Below, in pieces: positions 30,750 to 40,726 of a DNA stretch of 64,000 nt. Location of the stretch: contig JAHDYR010000067.1 in assembly GCA_019828565.1 (NCBI GenBank), positions 214,243 to 278,242 on the forward strand, given 5' to 3'. Position 1 is the first letter of the stretch; each line of letters begins with the position of its first letter. The stretch comes from Carpediemonas membranifera BICM. Lineage: Eukaryota; Protista; Fornicata. Position numbers and translations under genes: made by a program. The notes under the pieces are model-generated. The model was not told the DNA's origin and ran no database searches. It was given only the letters and a program-made list of their open reading frames with translations.

Positions 30750-31110
30750 TTGCCTTTTGATAAACACTGAAGTTGCCCCGGGCTAGGCCCGCAGCGAGGT
30801 CAAAGATGAGTTGGTCTAGGGACCAGGGGTGACAGAGTCGCCCGCGAAGGTGTTCTTGCCAGCGTGATTGCGGATCTCGTTGAGGATCTGGAATGACTTC
30901 TTGCCGATTTCGCCCGAAGTCGACAGTGCAAGGACGCGGAAGCTGTGGTCCTTGAAGTTCGCGTTTGCGTACTTGGTAATCTTCGCGTCCTCTCTTGCAG
31001 CAAGTCCTCCCGGTCTTGCGCAGATTGTGACGTCGACAGCAACGAGTACCTGGGGTGGATCATTGCTGACGGAACGCCCCAGATAGGGTCAAGGCTATCC
31101 GGGATTACCC
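30750..31110 (-). pseudogene. Restriction-like endonuclease (RLE) non-LTR retrotransposon 3' relic
   Basis: Hand translation: (V)IPDS / LVAVDVTIC..AAREDAKITKY...FRVLALSTSGEIGK; this frame is absent from the ORF track. Confidence 0.7.
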
Positions 31111-31180
31111 CACCCCCACGATTGTGCCGTGCCTCGTCACCGTGTGCTCAGCAGTGTGCTCATTTATCATTTACATTTGA

Positions 31181-32692
31181 TTAAATCTGATCAGCGGACT
31201 TCTTGGGCTCGAAGTTAGCCGTGATCTGGAGAACAGGGGGCGCATACGAGGTCGCGACGTCCGAGAACTCCACGTTGTTGATCAGAGGCGTCGGGATGCC
31301 GAGAGTGCTGCCGTCGTACAACGCAGTCAGGTGGTTAGCCACACCCTTGCCGAGGACCTTGAACATCGCGGTAATCGGCCCGGTAACGGCAAAGTCCCCG
31401 ACCTTGCTGGAGGCCACGGACAGAGTCTGGTTATACGACTCGAACTTGAAGAGGAAGAGGTCAGAGGAGGGTCCAGTGGTCATGCTGGCACTATAGCCGG
31501 TGCCCCAGTTCAATGTGGCCAGCTCGCCCGAGATGGAGCCCTTGACTGTGACCGTGGTGTCGAACCCGACGTACAGCGCGGCGGGGAACACCTTGACGTA
31601 CGGCTTGGCGTTGGCATTGATGTGGAGGGTGAGGTCCTGGCTAGGCAGGCCGCGGACGCCGGGGATAGAGCTCTTCCAGCCGTCCGTGTTCATGAAACGG
31701 GCCATAGAGGGGGCTGCGGTGGCCTTGGCGGCGTCACCGGCGTAGTATCCGTGTCTGAAGCCAGTTCCGATCATCGAGTCGATCGCCTCCTCATGGATAA
31801 AGATCTGGAGGGCCTTGGAGTTGATGAGGTCGGGCAGGGCCTTGGACAGGCCGGGGAGGGTGGCGGACTGGTTCATATAGCGGGTCACCCCGGCAGTGGT
31901 GAAGGCAGCGAAGTTGTCGCCGTACTCGACTGAACCGACGAGGCGCTCATCCCAGGTGTCTCCGTTGGTGAACGCGTAGTAGGGAACCCACTTGGAGAGC
32001 TGCTCGTGCATGACCTGCTTCACAATCCTGGTACCCTGAATCGAACCCTGCTCCTCAAGCATGCGGATGACGGTGGACTTGAAGATAGCGACGAACATGT
32101 CAATGAGCCAGGAAGCACCGCCGTGTAGGGAGACGTTCATATCCTTCACGGACATGAGGCAGCTGGTGACGGTTTCCGTGGGGATCAGCGTGACGGGGTC
32201 GGGGTGGATGTTCACGCGGACAGTGAGGGTGGCGCCCTTGAGGGAGCCAGAGCCGGTGCCGGCCTCGTGGACGTGAGGGAACGAGACTTTGTCGCCGACG
32301 TAGTCGAACGTGGCGTCTGGGTTGAAATCGGACATGACGATAACGAGCTCTTTCGTCTTGGGATCAGTGGTAGCCTGAAGACCACCAAGAGTGTAGGAAG
32401 TGAGCTTCAGGTTGCTGATGGTGTAGGTAACGTTGCCAACGAGGGCAACCTGCTGCCATCCGCTGATGGGGGGGAACTTCGACTGCGCCATGCCGTCCAG
32501 AATTTGGTCTACGAAGGTGGAAGACCATTTGGTAAGACCTTCGGTGGTAATAGCGACCTTATAGGGGCCGTTAGCGTTATTCGTGAACTCATCGGCAGTA
32601 ACAGTCGTCTGAGAAAGCAAGTTGGCGTGATTCATGGAATCAGCAACAGCTAGACAGACAAAGAGCAAGAGGAGTGCGGTAAATGTTCGCAT
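31181..32692 (-). CDS. Secreted BPI/LBP (TULIP) family lipid-binding protein
   Basis: Signal peptide MRTFTALLLLFVCLAVA; ITTEGL, VSLHGGASWLIDMF; two-domain length. Confidence 0.85.
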   Translation of the reverse strand: MRTFTALLLLFVCLAVADSMNHANLLSQTTVTADEFTNNANGPYKVAITTEGLTKWSSTFVDQILDGMAQSKFPPISGWQQVALVGNVTYTISNLKLTSYTLGGLQATTDPKTKELVIVMSDFNPDATFDYVGDKVSFPHVHEAGTGSGSLKGATLTVRVNIHPDPVTLIPTETVTSCLMSVKDMNVSLHGGASWLIDMFVAIFKSTVIRMLEEQGSIQGTRIVKQVMHEQLSKWVPYYAFTNGDTWDERLVGSVEYGDNFAAFTTAGVTRYMNQSATLPGLSKALPDLINSKALQIFIHEEAIDSMIGTGFRHGYYAGDAAKATAAPSMARFMNTDGWKSSIPGVRGLPSQDLTLHINANAKPYVKVFPAALYVGFDTTVTVKGSISGELATLNWGTGYSASMTTGPSSDLFLFKFESYNQTLSVASSKVGDFAVTGPITAMFKVLGKGVANHLTALYDGSTLGIPTPLINNVEFSDVATSYAPPVLQITANFEPKKSADQI

Positions 32693-33038
32693 CGGTGTCA
32701 AAGAGTCTCGTCTTCTTAGAACTTTGGATCGCTAAGCAAAATTGAGATGATCCCCATATATCTCCAAGATTAGCACACTAACATGGGCCCTGGGTCGAAA
32801 CAATCTTGATTGAACGGGCTACTGATACAGCTCGCCCCCAACTCCCTTTTGTATCTTTGTCTTGAAGTTGAAATATGATTGACTCAAGCGTATGCGCCTC
32901 TATATGGGCGTGCGAAAGCTGTGCTTGTACAATGACGGACCCGAGAGTCGGCGTTCTTGCCGAAGAAGGGGACAATTGTTGATATTGTCAGTTTTGACCA
33001 GGTCGACAACAAGGCTATGATTGACAGCGAGTTAGCCG

Positions 33039-33405
33039 GACCACGGAGGATAAGAGGTTCCACGCCCCGGCACGTCACTTCGACCCAGTAAGGCAGGTAC
33101 TGGTGCGAGAGCTGGTGCGAGACCTCCTCTCGAAAGGGGTCATTCGGAGGAGCAGGTCTCCATACGCGTCGAAGGTCGTCTTAGCGGACAAGAAGGGTGG
33201 GAAGGTCCGCCTGTGCATTGACTTCAGGGAGCTGAACAACATCACAAAGGTCCTGGTCCACGACCTCCCCGACCCGGTTGTCCTGTCAGTGCTGCTGGCG
33301 GACAAGAAGAGGTTCGCTACGCTCGACCTCAAGACGGCTTTCCACCAGATACCGATTAAGGAGGAAGTCACGGGACTCACGGCGTTCTCAACTGCCGACG
33401 GGCAC
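33039..33405 (+). repeat. 367-bp near-identical duplicate of 30036-30402 (RT fragment copy B)
   Basis: Constant 3003-bp offset; one substitution seen. Confidence 0.95.
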
Positions 33406-33456
33406 GAGGACAGCAAGAATCGCCCGAGGGGGTTCGGGAGAAGGTCGCTGAGGCTT

Positions 33457-34080
33457 TGTGGTGTGACACCCAATATTTACATAGATTTATTATTGATATC
33501 AGGCAAAGAGTTTCTTGCCGACACCTATTGTGTCGACTCTTCCCTTGTTGTTTTGATAAGCTATAAAGTCTGCGTCAGACCACAATACTAGTATTTCAAC
33601 ATGACTAAGACCGACATAAGCTTGTTCCCCCTCTACTTTGTCGTAGACGACACCATTGTGTCGAATAAATTCATTCCCCTTGAGCTTGTCAACTTTACTG
33701 GGCCAGGATGGCGACTCTGCTCCACGTCGGGGCCAACGTCACCATGGTGAACGCTGCCACGCCCAAGTACTTCCTTCAGACATGAGATCTTTGAGATGTC
33801 TGGAAGCCATAGACAAGCTATGTCAAGTGATCGACTCGATCTCGTGATTTTTGGAGGTGCGCTCGGGGATTTATTGGATATCGTGCAAGCCAATGCCCGC
33901 TGAGAAGGGGGTCTACAATTGCGCCTCCGTTTCAAACCATGGAATCTACACTCAGTTTCACTACCGAAGGATGGCTTTCGGACTGAAAGGCGCGGCAGCG
34001 TTTTGCCAGAAAACGTTAGAAGAAGTCCTGGCAGACGCAGTGTGGACACGCTGTCTCGTATACATTGATGACGATCATTT
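33457..34080 (+). mobile_element. Gypsy remnant: 128-bp LTR of the E3 family, palindrome, gag start and RT relic
   Basis: TGTGGT...ACCACA 33457-33584 aligns by eye with the reverse complement of the E3 LTR; AATACTAGTATT; ATG 33601; MAFGL..YIDD at 33970-34072. Confidence 0.8.
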
Positions 34081-34254
34081 ACCTCACAGACCAGTGTGAC
34101 AGGCAGGGAATAGCATTCCGGGGTCCACTAACGCTCGAGAGATGGCGAGGTATGACATAATATCATATTATAATACGTATTTATGGGTTATGTAGACATA
34201 ACTCAGACCAACGGCGGGACTCACCAATAAACAAGAGAGACAGCCTTGAACCAC

Positions 34255-35874
34255 TCACCCGAGTTTACCCCTAACCGGCGCCGCCTTTCTCCGGACGGCC
34301 GCCTTGCTGAGAATGCCCTTAATCTGCACAATGAACGGTACGACGCCCCACTCTCGCCTGCTGCGGACGGCCTTGGCATCCCGCTCGTCTTTGGGCCCGC
34401 TGAACCACAGACTCTGGGGCTTCCCCCCCTCAGGGTGCCTGTCCTCGACGAACGCCTCCGACGTGACCATCTCTCGGCTCTGGTCGACCCCTCCCGCCCG
34501 CCACGTCTCGATGCACCGCTCCTCGAGCCCGGGCATGCGGAGAACGAGGTCGGGGTCCTCCATGCAGGACTGGATGTCCTGTAGGGCCTGCAGCTGGGCC
34601 TTCCCGATGGCGTCGTTGGTGTCCCTGAGGTACTTGAGGAAGTCGCCGTCCTTCTTGATCACTTCGGGGTCCACGAGAGAGGCGACGTCCTCGAACTCCG
34701 CGATATGGGACGTGGGCACCCGCACCTCGCCCTGGGCGTCCGCGGCCTTCCACAGATGCTCCATGAGCGCCTCCCTCGCCGGGTATTGGACTCTGTTCTG
34801 GCAGACGACGTACCGCTCGCTGTTGGCGGGGCGGGATGAGTACGGCTTGATGATGGTGAACGTCTCGAACTGGGTGTACAGGATGTAAAGGACAGAGACG
34901 GTGAAGGGGCTGAAGCTGTCGAAGATCTTCAGGACGAAGTGGCCGCCCTTTCGCACGATAGTCAGCGCCACTATCGCCTGGCAGAGAACCAGCCGCTTGC
35001 TCTCGATCTCCTGCATGTTGTAGTTGTGCGAGACGTCGTCACCACCGTCGCACGTCAGCATGTCCACCGACCGGACGCCCTTCAGCTCCTCGTACGCCGC
35101 CCCAAGGCTGTAGATTGACGAGTGGAGCTTCATCACGTTCTCCCGGACGAAGACGGAGCCATCCGAGAACCGATCCGGGCCGTAGATGCGGAGGAACCGG
35201 TTCTCGGGCCGGTTGTGGTGCAGCGTGTACGTCCTCACGTGAAAGTTCTTCAAGTTAAAGTCGTGCTTGCCCTTCAGAGTCATCCCGAACTGCAGCAACC
35301 GTTCAGGGCCCATGCGCCAGAACATGTACTCCGTGAAACCGCCCGGGCCGGCGCACACGTCCGCGCAGACCAGTTGGCCGGCCCCGGCATCCTTCCGGAG
35401 GGACGACGTGAGTTTGAAGAGGTGGTCTATGTTCATGAGCTTAACTGCGGCCCTATTGATGAAGATGTCCTTCTTGCAGTTCTCGTAGGGGTTAGCCCTG
35501 TCACGAGCCTGGTAGAACTCCTCGAGGTTCTTGTCGTCAAAGTACGACTTCTGCTTCATGATCTCAATGAGAAGCTGTGGATCCATCACAGGAGTCCCGA
35601 AGGCCTCCGTCCACCAGCTGCTGTCGCTGAACTTGATCGTGTGCAGCTCAAGTTGAAGGGCCTTGATTACACCCTCACGCAGCTTGTCACCATTGCGTTT
35701 CACTCCCTTATCGCATTGAATGCTGTCAAACTTTTGCTCCGAGGGCCATTCAGCGGGCCAGTTGGACCGATCGTGCGATTTGTACGCAACGACGCCGTTA
35801 CGGCCAGAACTAGCGCCGTAGCCGGCAAGGATATTCGGGTTGGTGTCCTCTTCTTCCTCACCGAACGCAGACAT
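34255..35874 (-). CDS. CMTR1: Cap-specific mRNA 2'-O-methyltransferase 1 (FtsJ family)
   Basis: RANPYE, FINRAAVKL, DVCAGPGGF, DGG, LKIFD, KPYSSRPANSERY. Confidence 0.92.
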   Translation of the reverse strand: MSAFGEEEEDTNPNILAGYGASSGRNGVVAYKSHDRSNWPAEWPSEQKFDSIQCDKGVKRNGDKLREGVIKALQLELHTIKFSDSSWWTEAFGTPVMDPQLLIEIMKQKSYFDDKNLEEFYQARDRANPYENCKKDIFINRAAVKLMNIDHLFKLTSSLRKDAGAGQLVCADVCAGPGGFTEYMFWRMGPERLLQFGMTLKGKHDFNLKNFHVRTYTLHHNRPENRFLRIYGPDRFSDGSVFVRENVMKLHSSIYSLGAAYEELKGVRSVDMLTCDGGDDVSHNYNMQEIESKRLVLCQAIVALTIVRKGGHFVLKIFDSFSPFTVSVLYILYTQFETFTIIKPYSSRPANSERYVVCQNRVQYPAREALMEHLWKAADAQGEVRVPTSHIAEFEDVASLVDPEVIKKDGDFLKYLRDTNDAIGKAQLQALQDIQSCMEDPDLVLRMPGLEERCIETWRAGGVDQSREMVTSEAFVEDRHPEGGKPQSLWFSGPKDERDAKAVRSRREWGVVPFIVQIKGILSKAAVRRKAAPVRGKLG

Positions 35875-35969
35875 CTCTTCTGTCGAGAAATGAGAAAAAA
35901 GTGAAGCCCGTCGTCCCTAAACTGCACATCGACTCAACAGTGTCGCGTCTGACATAAAAGGCTCTTTAC

Positions 35970-36446
35970 TCAGGAGCAGTACTTGCGGCGCATCTCCTTC
36001 ATGCGGCTCTCGAGCTGGGGGTCGAACTTGAAGAGCAGCCGGTTGTTCTGGAGCACCAGTCGCACAGCGCTGTCCTCCATCCGCTCGATGGCCTCGCCGA
36101 ACTCAGCCGTTGTCGCCATCAGCTCCTTCTGTTGCCGGTACAGCTTTTCGTGGTCGAGCGTGTCCTCTATGCGCTTTGTCACGTCGGCCATGGCCACCGT
36201 CGTGTCGGTCCGGAGGCCGGCCCAGTCGTCCGTGCCGAGGGCCGGGGCAACAGGCTCCTCCGGCTGGGCACACTTCGCGTTGCTTGACGACTTGACCGCG
36301 ATTTGTGACAATGGACGACGCGGTGTGATGGGGTGCATTGAGCGGCATGCTTCAGCTCGCGACTTCACGATCGATCCAAGGAGTAGGGTAGAGCTCATAC
36401 TCCCCTGGACGACACATCTTCCTACATTGACGCGCTCACTGAGCAT
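35970..36446 (-). CDS. Hypothetical coiled-coil protein (start uncertain)
   Basis: Host-like codon bias in the 3' two-thirds. Confidence 0.5.
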   Translation of the reverse strand: MLSERVNVGRCVVQGSMSSTLLLGSIVKSRAEACRSMHPITPRRPLSQIAVKSSSNAKCAQPEEPVAPALGTDDWAGLRTDTTVAMADVTKRIEDTLDHEKLYRQQKELMATTAEFGEAIERMEDSAVRLVLQNNRLLFKFDPQLESRMKEMRRKYCS

Positions 36447-36479
36447 CTCCAGATCCTCTCCGAGCAGGCCCCTCGACCG

Positions 36480-36670
36480 CCAGCAGGCGATGACAAGGAC
36501 CGAAGAGCTGACTCAGCCGATCGAACCAGGCACCCTCGTCCTGTGTAACAACGAGAACCCCACGAAGCTCCATGGCCACTGCGGCCCCTTCCGTGTCAGA
36601 GCGGACTGATGATGCACCCCACACTGGCGGCAACAGTCGAGTCCACCTTAGCCAGCTAATCCGTATGACG
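36480..36670 (+). pseudogene. Integrase C-terminal (GPF) relic
   Basis: GTLVLCNNENPTKLHGHCGPFRV resembles E1 GDFVLLANERETKLHGAIGPFKV. Confidence 0.7.
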
Positions 36671-36777
36671 CAATTCCCCTCAGCGACGCCGACGCGGCCC
36701 GCACATCAAAGAACAAGAGTTTTGACAGACTTAACCTGCCTTGGAATCGACTCGGCCGACAATGAAACCGAAACTGT

Positions 36778-38712
36778 TTAATGGCGCATGGACTTGTACA
36801 TCGCCTCCACCTCATCCTTAAAATACTCTACGAACTTGTTACGCCGCAGCTTGAACGTGGCCGTGAGCAGCTCGTTGCTGGGGTCGAACATCTCGGACGT
36901 CAGATGGAACGCTGCGATGCGCATGAACGAGGGCAGCTTCTCCTCGGCGCGGTACTTGTCGAAGTCCTCGGTCAGGCGGGCGACGAGGCGGGGGTCCTGG
37001 CCGTCCACGATCTTGGCAGCCTCCTCGGTGGTGCAGCCGAGCATCTCGACGACGGTGGGCAGGTCGACCGAGATGACGGCGACGAGCTTGCTCTCATCCG
37101 AGGACCCGTGGACCCACATCTGGTCGACGAGTGCGGCGTTGCCGTAGATGGCCTCGAGGTTCTCGGGGGAGACGTACTCGCCCTGTGAGAGCTTGAATAT
37201 GTTCTTCTTACGGTCCACGATAGAGACCTTCTTGCCGTCCACGAAGCGGGCAATGTCGCCCGTCGCGAACCAGCCATCCTCGTCGAAGGCGCGTCTCGTC
37301 TCCTCGTCGTTGTGGTAGTACTCGCCGAAGACGGCCGGGCCACGGAGCATGATCTCCCCGGCATCGCCGCCCTCGTAGCCCATCTCGGGGACGGGGGCCA
37401 GCTTGAGCTCCATGTTAGGCACGGCCGGGCCGACGTTGGTGACGGACGTGTCGCCGACGTCCTGCACACAGCAGCCGGCGACGCACTCGGTGAGGCCATA
37501 GCCCTGGATGAAGTGCGCCGAGAAGGCGGCCGACATGAACTCCTGAACCTTCTCGGACAGGGGCGCGCCGCCCGAGATGAAGAGCTGCAGGTTGTTGCCG
37601 AAACCGGCGCGGAGCTCCTTGAAGATCTTGTCGAACACGGAGAGGATGGCGCCAGTGCGGCGCATACGGGCCATCTTGTACTTGAGGGCGAGCTTGAAGA
37701 TGGACTGCTTGAGCATGCTCTCGGCGCCGACCTTCTTCATGACGCCGTCGAAGATTCGCGTGTAGACGCGGGGCACGCCGACGAAGATGTTGGGCTTTGC
37801 CATGCCGATGTCGGTGAGGATGTCGTCGAGGCTGCCGCTGTAGAAGCAGACCGTGCCCGTCACGTAGACGCCGACGGCGAAGATGGCCCGCTCCAGGACA
37901 TGGGCGAGGGGCAGGTAGCTGAAGTAGACGGCCTTCTCGTTGAGCTGGGGGATGCCGTGGGTGTAGTAGCCGTAGACCGCCGCGATGAAGTTCGAGTGGG
38001 TCAGTACGACGCCCTTGGGGACGCCAGTGGTGCCGGACGTGTAGATGATGGAGGCGACGTCCGCGGGCTGGGGCGGGTTGGGCGGGGTGATGTCGTCAAC
38101 GGTCTCGATGATGTCGTAGAGGAAAGACGTACGGATGCCGCGCCCCTCCCCGAGGGCCTCGAGCTCGGCCAGCAGGTCGCTCTTGAGCTCCGTCTTGGGC
38201 TGGATCACGACGACGTTCTTGACGACGATCTGCTCCTGGATGCCCGTCTCCATGGTCAGTGCCGTGAGAATAGTGCGGGCCCGCTTGGCGCTGCACACGA
38301 CGGCCGACACAGCGGCATGTGCGAGGATGTAGTTGATCTCCTTGGCTGTGAGGGAGTCGTAGAAGGGCACGGTGACGATGCTGTTGCGGTTGGCTGCCTG
38401 CTCGGCAAGGACCCACTCCTTGCAGTTCGGGGTGAAGATGCTCACTCGGTCGCCCTGCTCGAGACCAAAGGTCTTCGTGAAGACAGAGGAGAGCTTCTCA
38501 AGCTGCCTACCGATGATGTGCATGTCCTCAAAGACGTACTCGCCGAGAGATCCATCGGGAAGAACCTCTCTGTTGCCGCAGAACTTCCTTTCGCCGTAGC
38601 GGCGGGCAGCGGAGGACCAGTTCTCCCAGAGCGTGGTGATGTGGATGCTAGGATCGACGGGGTCCGGTAAAAACGGTACCTCGGTGTTGTGGATGGTGCT
38701 CATGTCCGACAT
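36778..38712 (-). CDS. Long-chain fatty acyl-CoA synthetase
   Basis: IIYTSGTTGVPKGV, YLPLAHVLER, QGYGLTE, TGDI, DRKKNIFKLSQGEY. Confidence 0.96.
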   Translation of the reverse strand: MSDMSTIHNTEVPFLPDPVDPSIHITTLWENWSSAARRYGERKFCGNREVLPDGSLGEYVFEDMHIIGRQLEKLSSVFTKTFGLEQGDRVSIFTPNCKEWVLAEQAANRNSIVTVPFYDSLTAKEINYILAHAAVSAVVCSAKRARTILTALTMETGIQEQIVVKNVVVIQPKTELKSDLLAELEALGEGRGIRTSFLYDIIETVDDITPPNPPQPADVASIIYTSGTTGVPKGVVLTHSNFIAAVYGYYTHGIPQLNEKAVYFSYLPLAHVLERAIFAVGVYVTGTVCFYSGSLDDILTDIGMAKPNIFVGVPRVYTRIFDGVMKKVGAESMLKQSIFKLALKYKMARMRRTGAILSVFDKIFKELRAGFGNNLQLFISGGAPLSEKVQEFMSAAFSAHFIQGYGLTECVAGCCVQDVGDTSVTNVGPAVPNMELKLAPVPEMGYEGGDAGEIMLRGPAVFGEYYHNDEETRRAFDEDGWFATGDIARFVDGKKVSIVDRKKNIFKLSQGEYVSPENLEAIYGNAALVDQMWVHGSSDESKLVAVISVDLPTVVEMLGCTTEEAAKIVDGQDPRLVARLTEDFDKYRAEEKLPSFMRIAAFHLTSEMFDPSNELLTATFKLRRNKFVEYFKDEVEAMYKSMRH

Positions 38713-39659
38713 TAGGAGCTGGTTGGGATATTGTCTGTGAACCAATTGTAATCAGATGATGTCCGCAGGCAGAATATGCAGGGTGACTCACCGGCAGTCG
38801 CCTGGCGAAAGCCAATCCGAGGTGCACAGCTGGTATTGTGGAGCGGCATGCCATGCCCCGCTTGACCGTTGAAACCCATGGTCGGGCAGGGATGATGATG
38901 CAGGGAGACTTTGTCAGCACGCCGTTGTCAACCTGTCTTTACGGGCATGTCACGTTGGACGGCTAGGCTCAGTGATCCACCACTAGTGTAGCACTTTTTC
39001 AACCATTCAAAGTTCAGCGGTCCAGGGCAGCTGTACCCCGATATCTATTTTTAGTCAGATCCTGCACATTTGACTTGGACAGACCTACAGGTTAAATGAT
39101 ACAATACAGGGCATGGCACGGTCTGATTGCCATGTGATTGATAGCTGTGTTCTCCTTGAACAGTGACCGAGTCTGCCGCCTGCTGAATGGTCCGCTCAGA
39201 GACTGTTCCCTCACCTTCTTCTGATGAGTTCTTCTGATGAGTTGAGAACGAGGCGTGAGTCAGTAACGGGATGAGCGTGTGTCGAGGGAAGCGAGGAAGG
39301 GTCGGCAGCATATCTGCCGCACTGCGCTGACCCCCCGGCCCCAATGGCGACGGCCTGGACAGGCAAGCCATCTCGGGGTCGACCAAACACAGGGTTGAGT
39401 CTGGTCCGCGTGGCGAGGGCCCTGTCTTGTCTCTGGGCATGTCAATCTCAAGACTCAAGATAAGATCGACAACCACGAGCCAGCCCGACCAGGAATGAAA
39501 ACCTGCGAAACCCGGACAAAAGACCACCCCCAGCCCCAGCCCCGTACATAGGACCGGGGTGGCAGTTCCACTTCATAAACCACCCGACAAAGTGCTGCCG
39601 AGTGAACAAGCTAGCGAAGACGGAACCCAGCCAAGCTGACTAACCATCACCTCGACGTC

Positions 39660-40660
39660 CACATCAAGACCCTACAAGGCGACCTCTGCCTCCTCCAGGC
39701 AGGCATCAGGTGGCTCGTGCAGCAACTGGAGGAGGTGGAGACGACCGAGACTGAGCGCAACTGTCTTGGCCGTTACGCGCTGGCTCACGACGACTTGGTC
39801 CGAATCCACCAGGCATTCGGCCTGGAGTGCCTCGGCGGTGCTGAACGCACAAGAATAGGCCCTATTTTTATGGAGGAATCTAGGCAGGTGATCATCACCC
39901 AAGGTGGGCTGAATGCGGACGAGCTGCGGGCGATGCAGCTCGCCGAGGATGAACGAGGCACGTGGCACGAAGTAGAAGCCCCGAACGAAGCACCCGAGGG
40001 CGTAGAGCTCGTCGACAGGGGTGAACAGTGGACCATGCTGCACCGATTGCATGCAGTCGTCACGCGATCAAGGAAGAGGACCGACGACGGTAAAGTCTCC
40101 CAATCAATTGATTAAACTCTTTGAAGCTCAACTCTTCCACGGCCGAGGCAAACCGCCTCCTCGCCCGCCTTTCAGCACCTCGCCCCTCCGCCACTGCCAT
40201 CCTCGCGTTCCTTGACCACTTCGACAACGACGCCGAAATCATCTCCGACTCCCTTGTATCTCCCGCGGCTAAAGCCCGAAAACTTCGTACCCTCCTCCTG
40301 GACCAGCTGCTCTGTCTTATGGCTGATCCGGACGAGGACGACTACCCAACCCTCATCGGCGACGCCTTTAACGCCGCTGAGGAGCTGAAAAACCACGAAG
40401 ATCTCCACGCCGCCATCTATGGACAAAAGCCAGCAATCCAAGTTTCTGGTCTTCCACAACGCCCTCCCAGACGCCCGGGCCGCGGCCTCGTGCCGGCCCC
40501 TCATGAGCCTCCTCAGCAACCCACCCCTGCTCCCCCGCACACCAAGTCCCAGATGACACCGCCTCAGCCCCAGAACTACGCCCAACCCCAAGTACAACTC
40601 AAGCCCCTCTCGCAGGAAGAGCGAGAGAAATGCCGCTCCAATGACCTGCGCCACACACTT
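39660..40660 (+). pseudogene. Probable retrotransposon gag relic
   Basis: Broken ORFs ending in a Pro/Gln-rich linker and LSQEEREKCRSNDL, a pre-knuckle-like motif. Confidence 0.5.
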
Positions 40661-40726
40661 TACGCTCTCATGGCTTCAACTCGAACAATGTGTCCCATAT
40701 CATAATTTACTCGCACCGCCCATCAT

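Noticed and set aside
37312-38670. 452-aa plus-strand ORF (similar cases at 61676-62734 and 20173-21075)
   Set aside because: Antisense shadows of GC3-rich real genes.
38981-38994. CACTAGTG overlapping TGTAGCAC (same first 8 nt as the E4 LTR)
   Set aside because: Similarity stops after 8 nt; compatible with chance.
39601-39620. Possible eighth LTR-end palindrome (GAACA-AGCTAGCG) before the gag relic
   Set aside because: Only a 6-bp core and no definable LTR; not counted.
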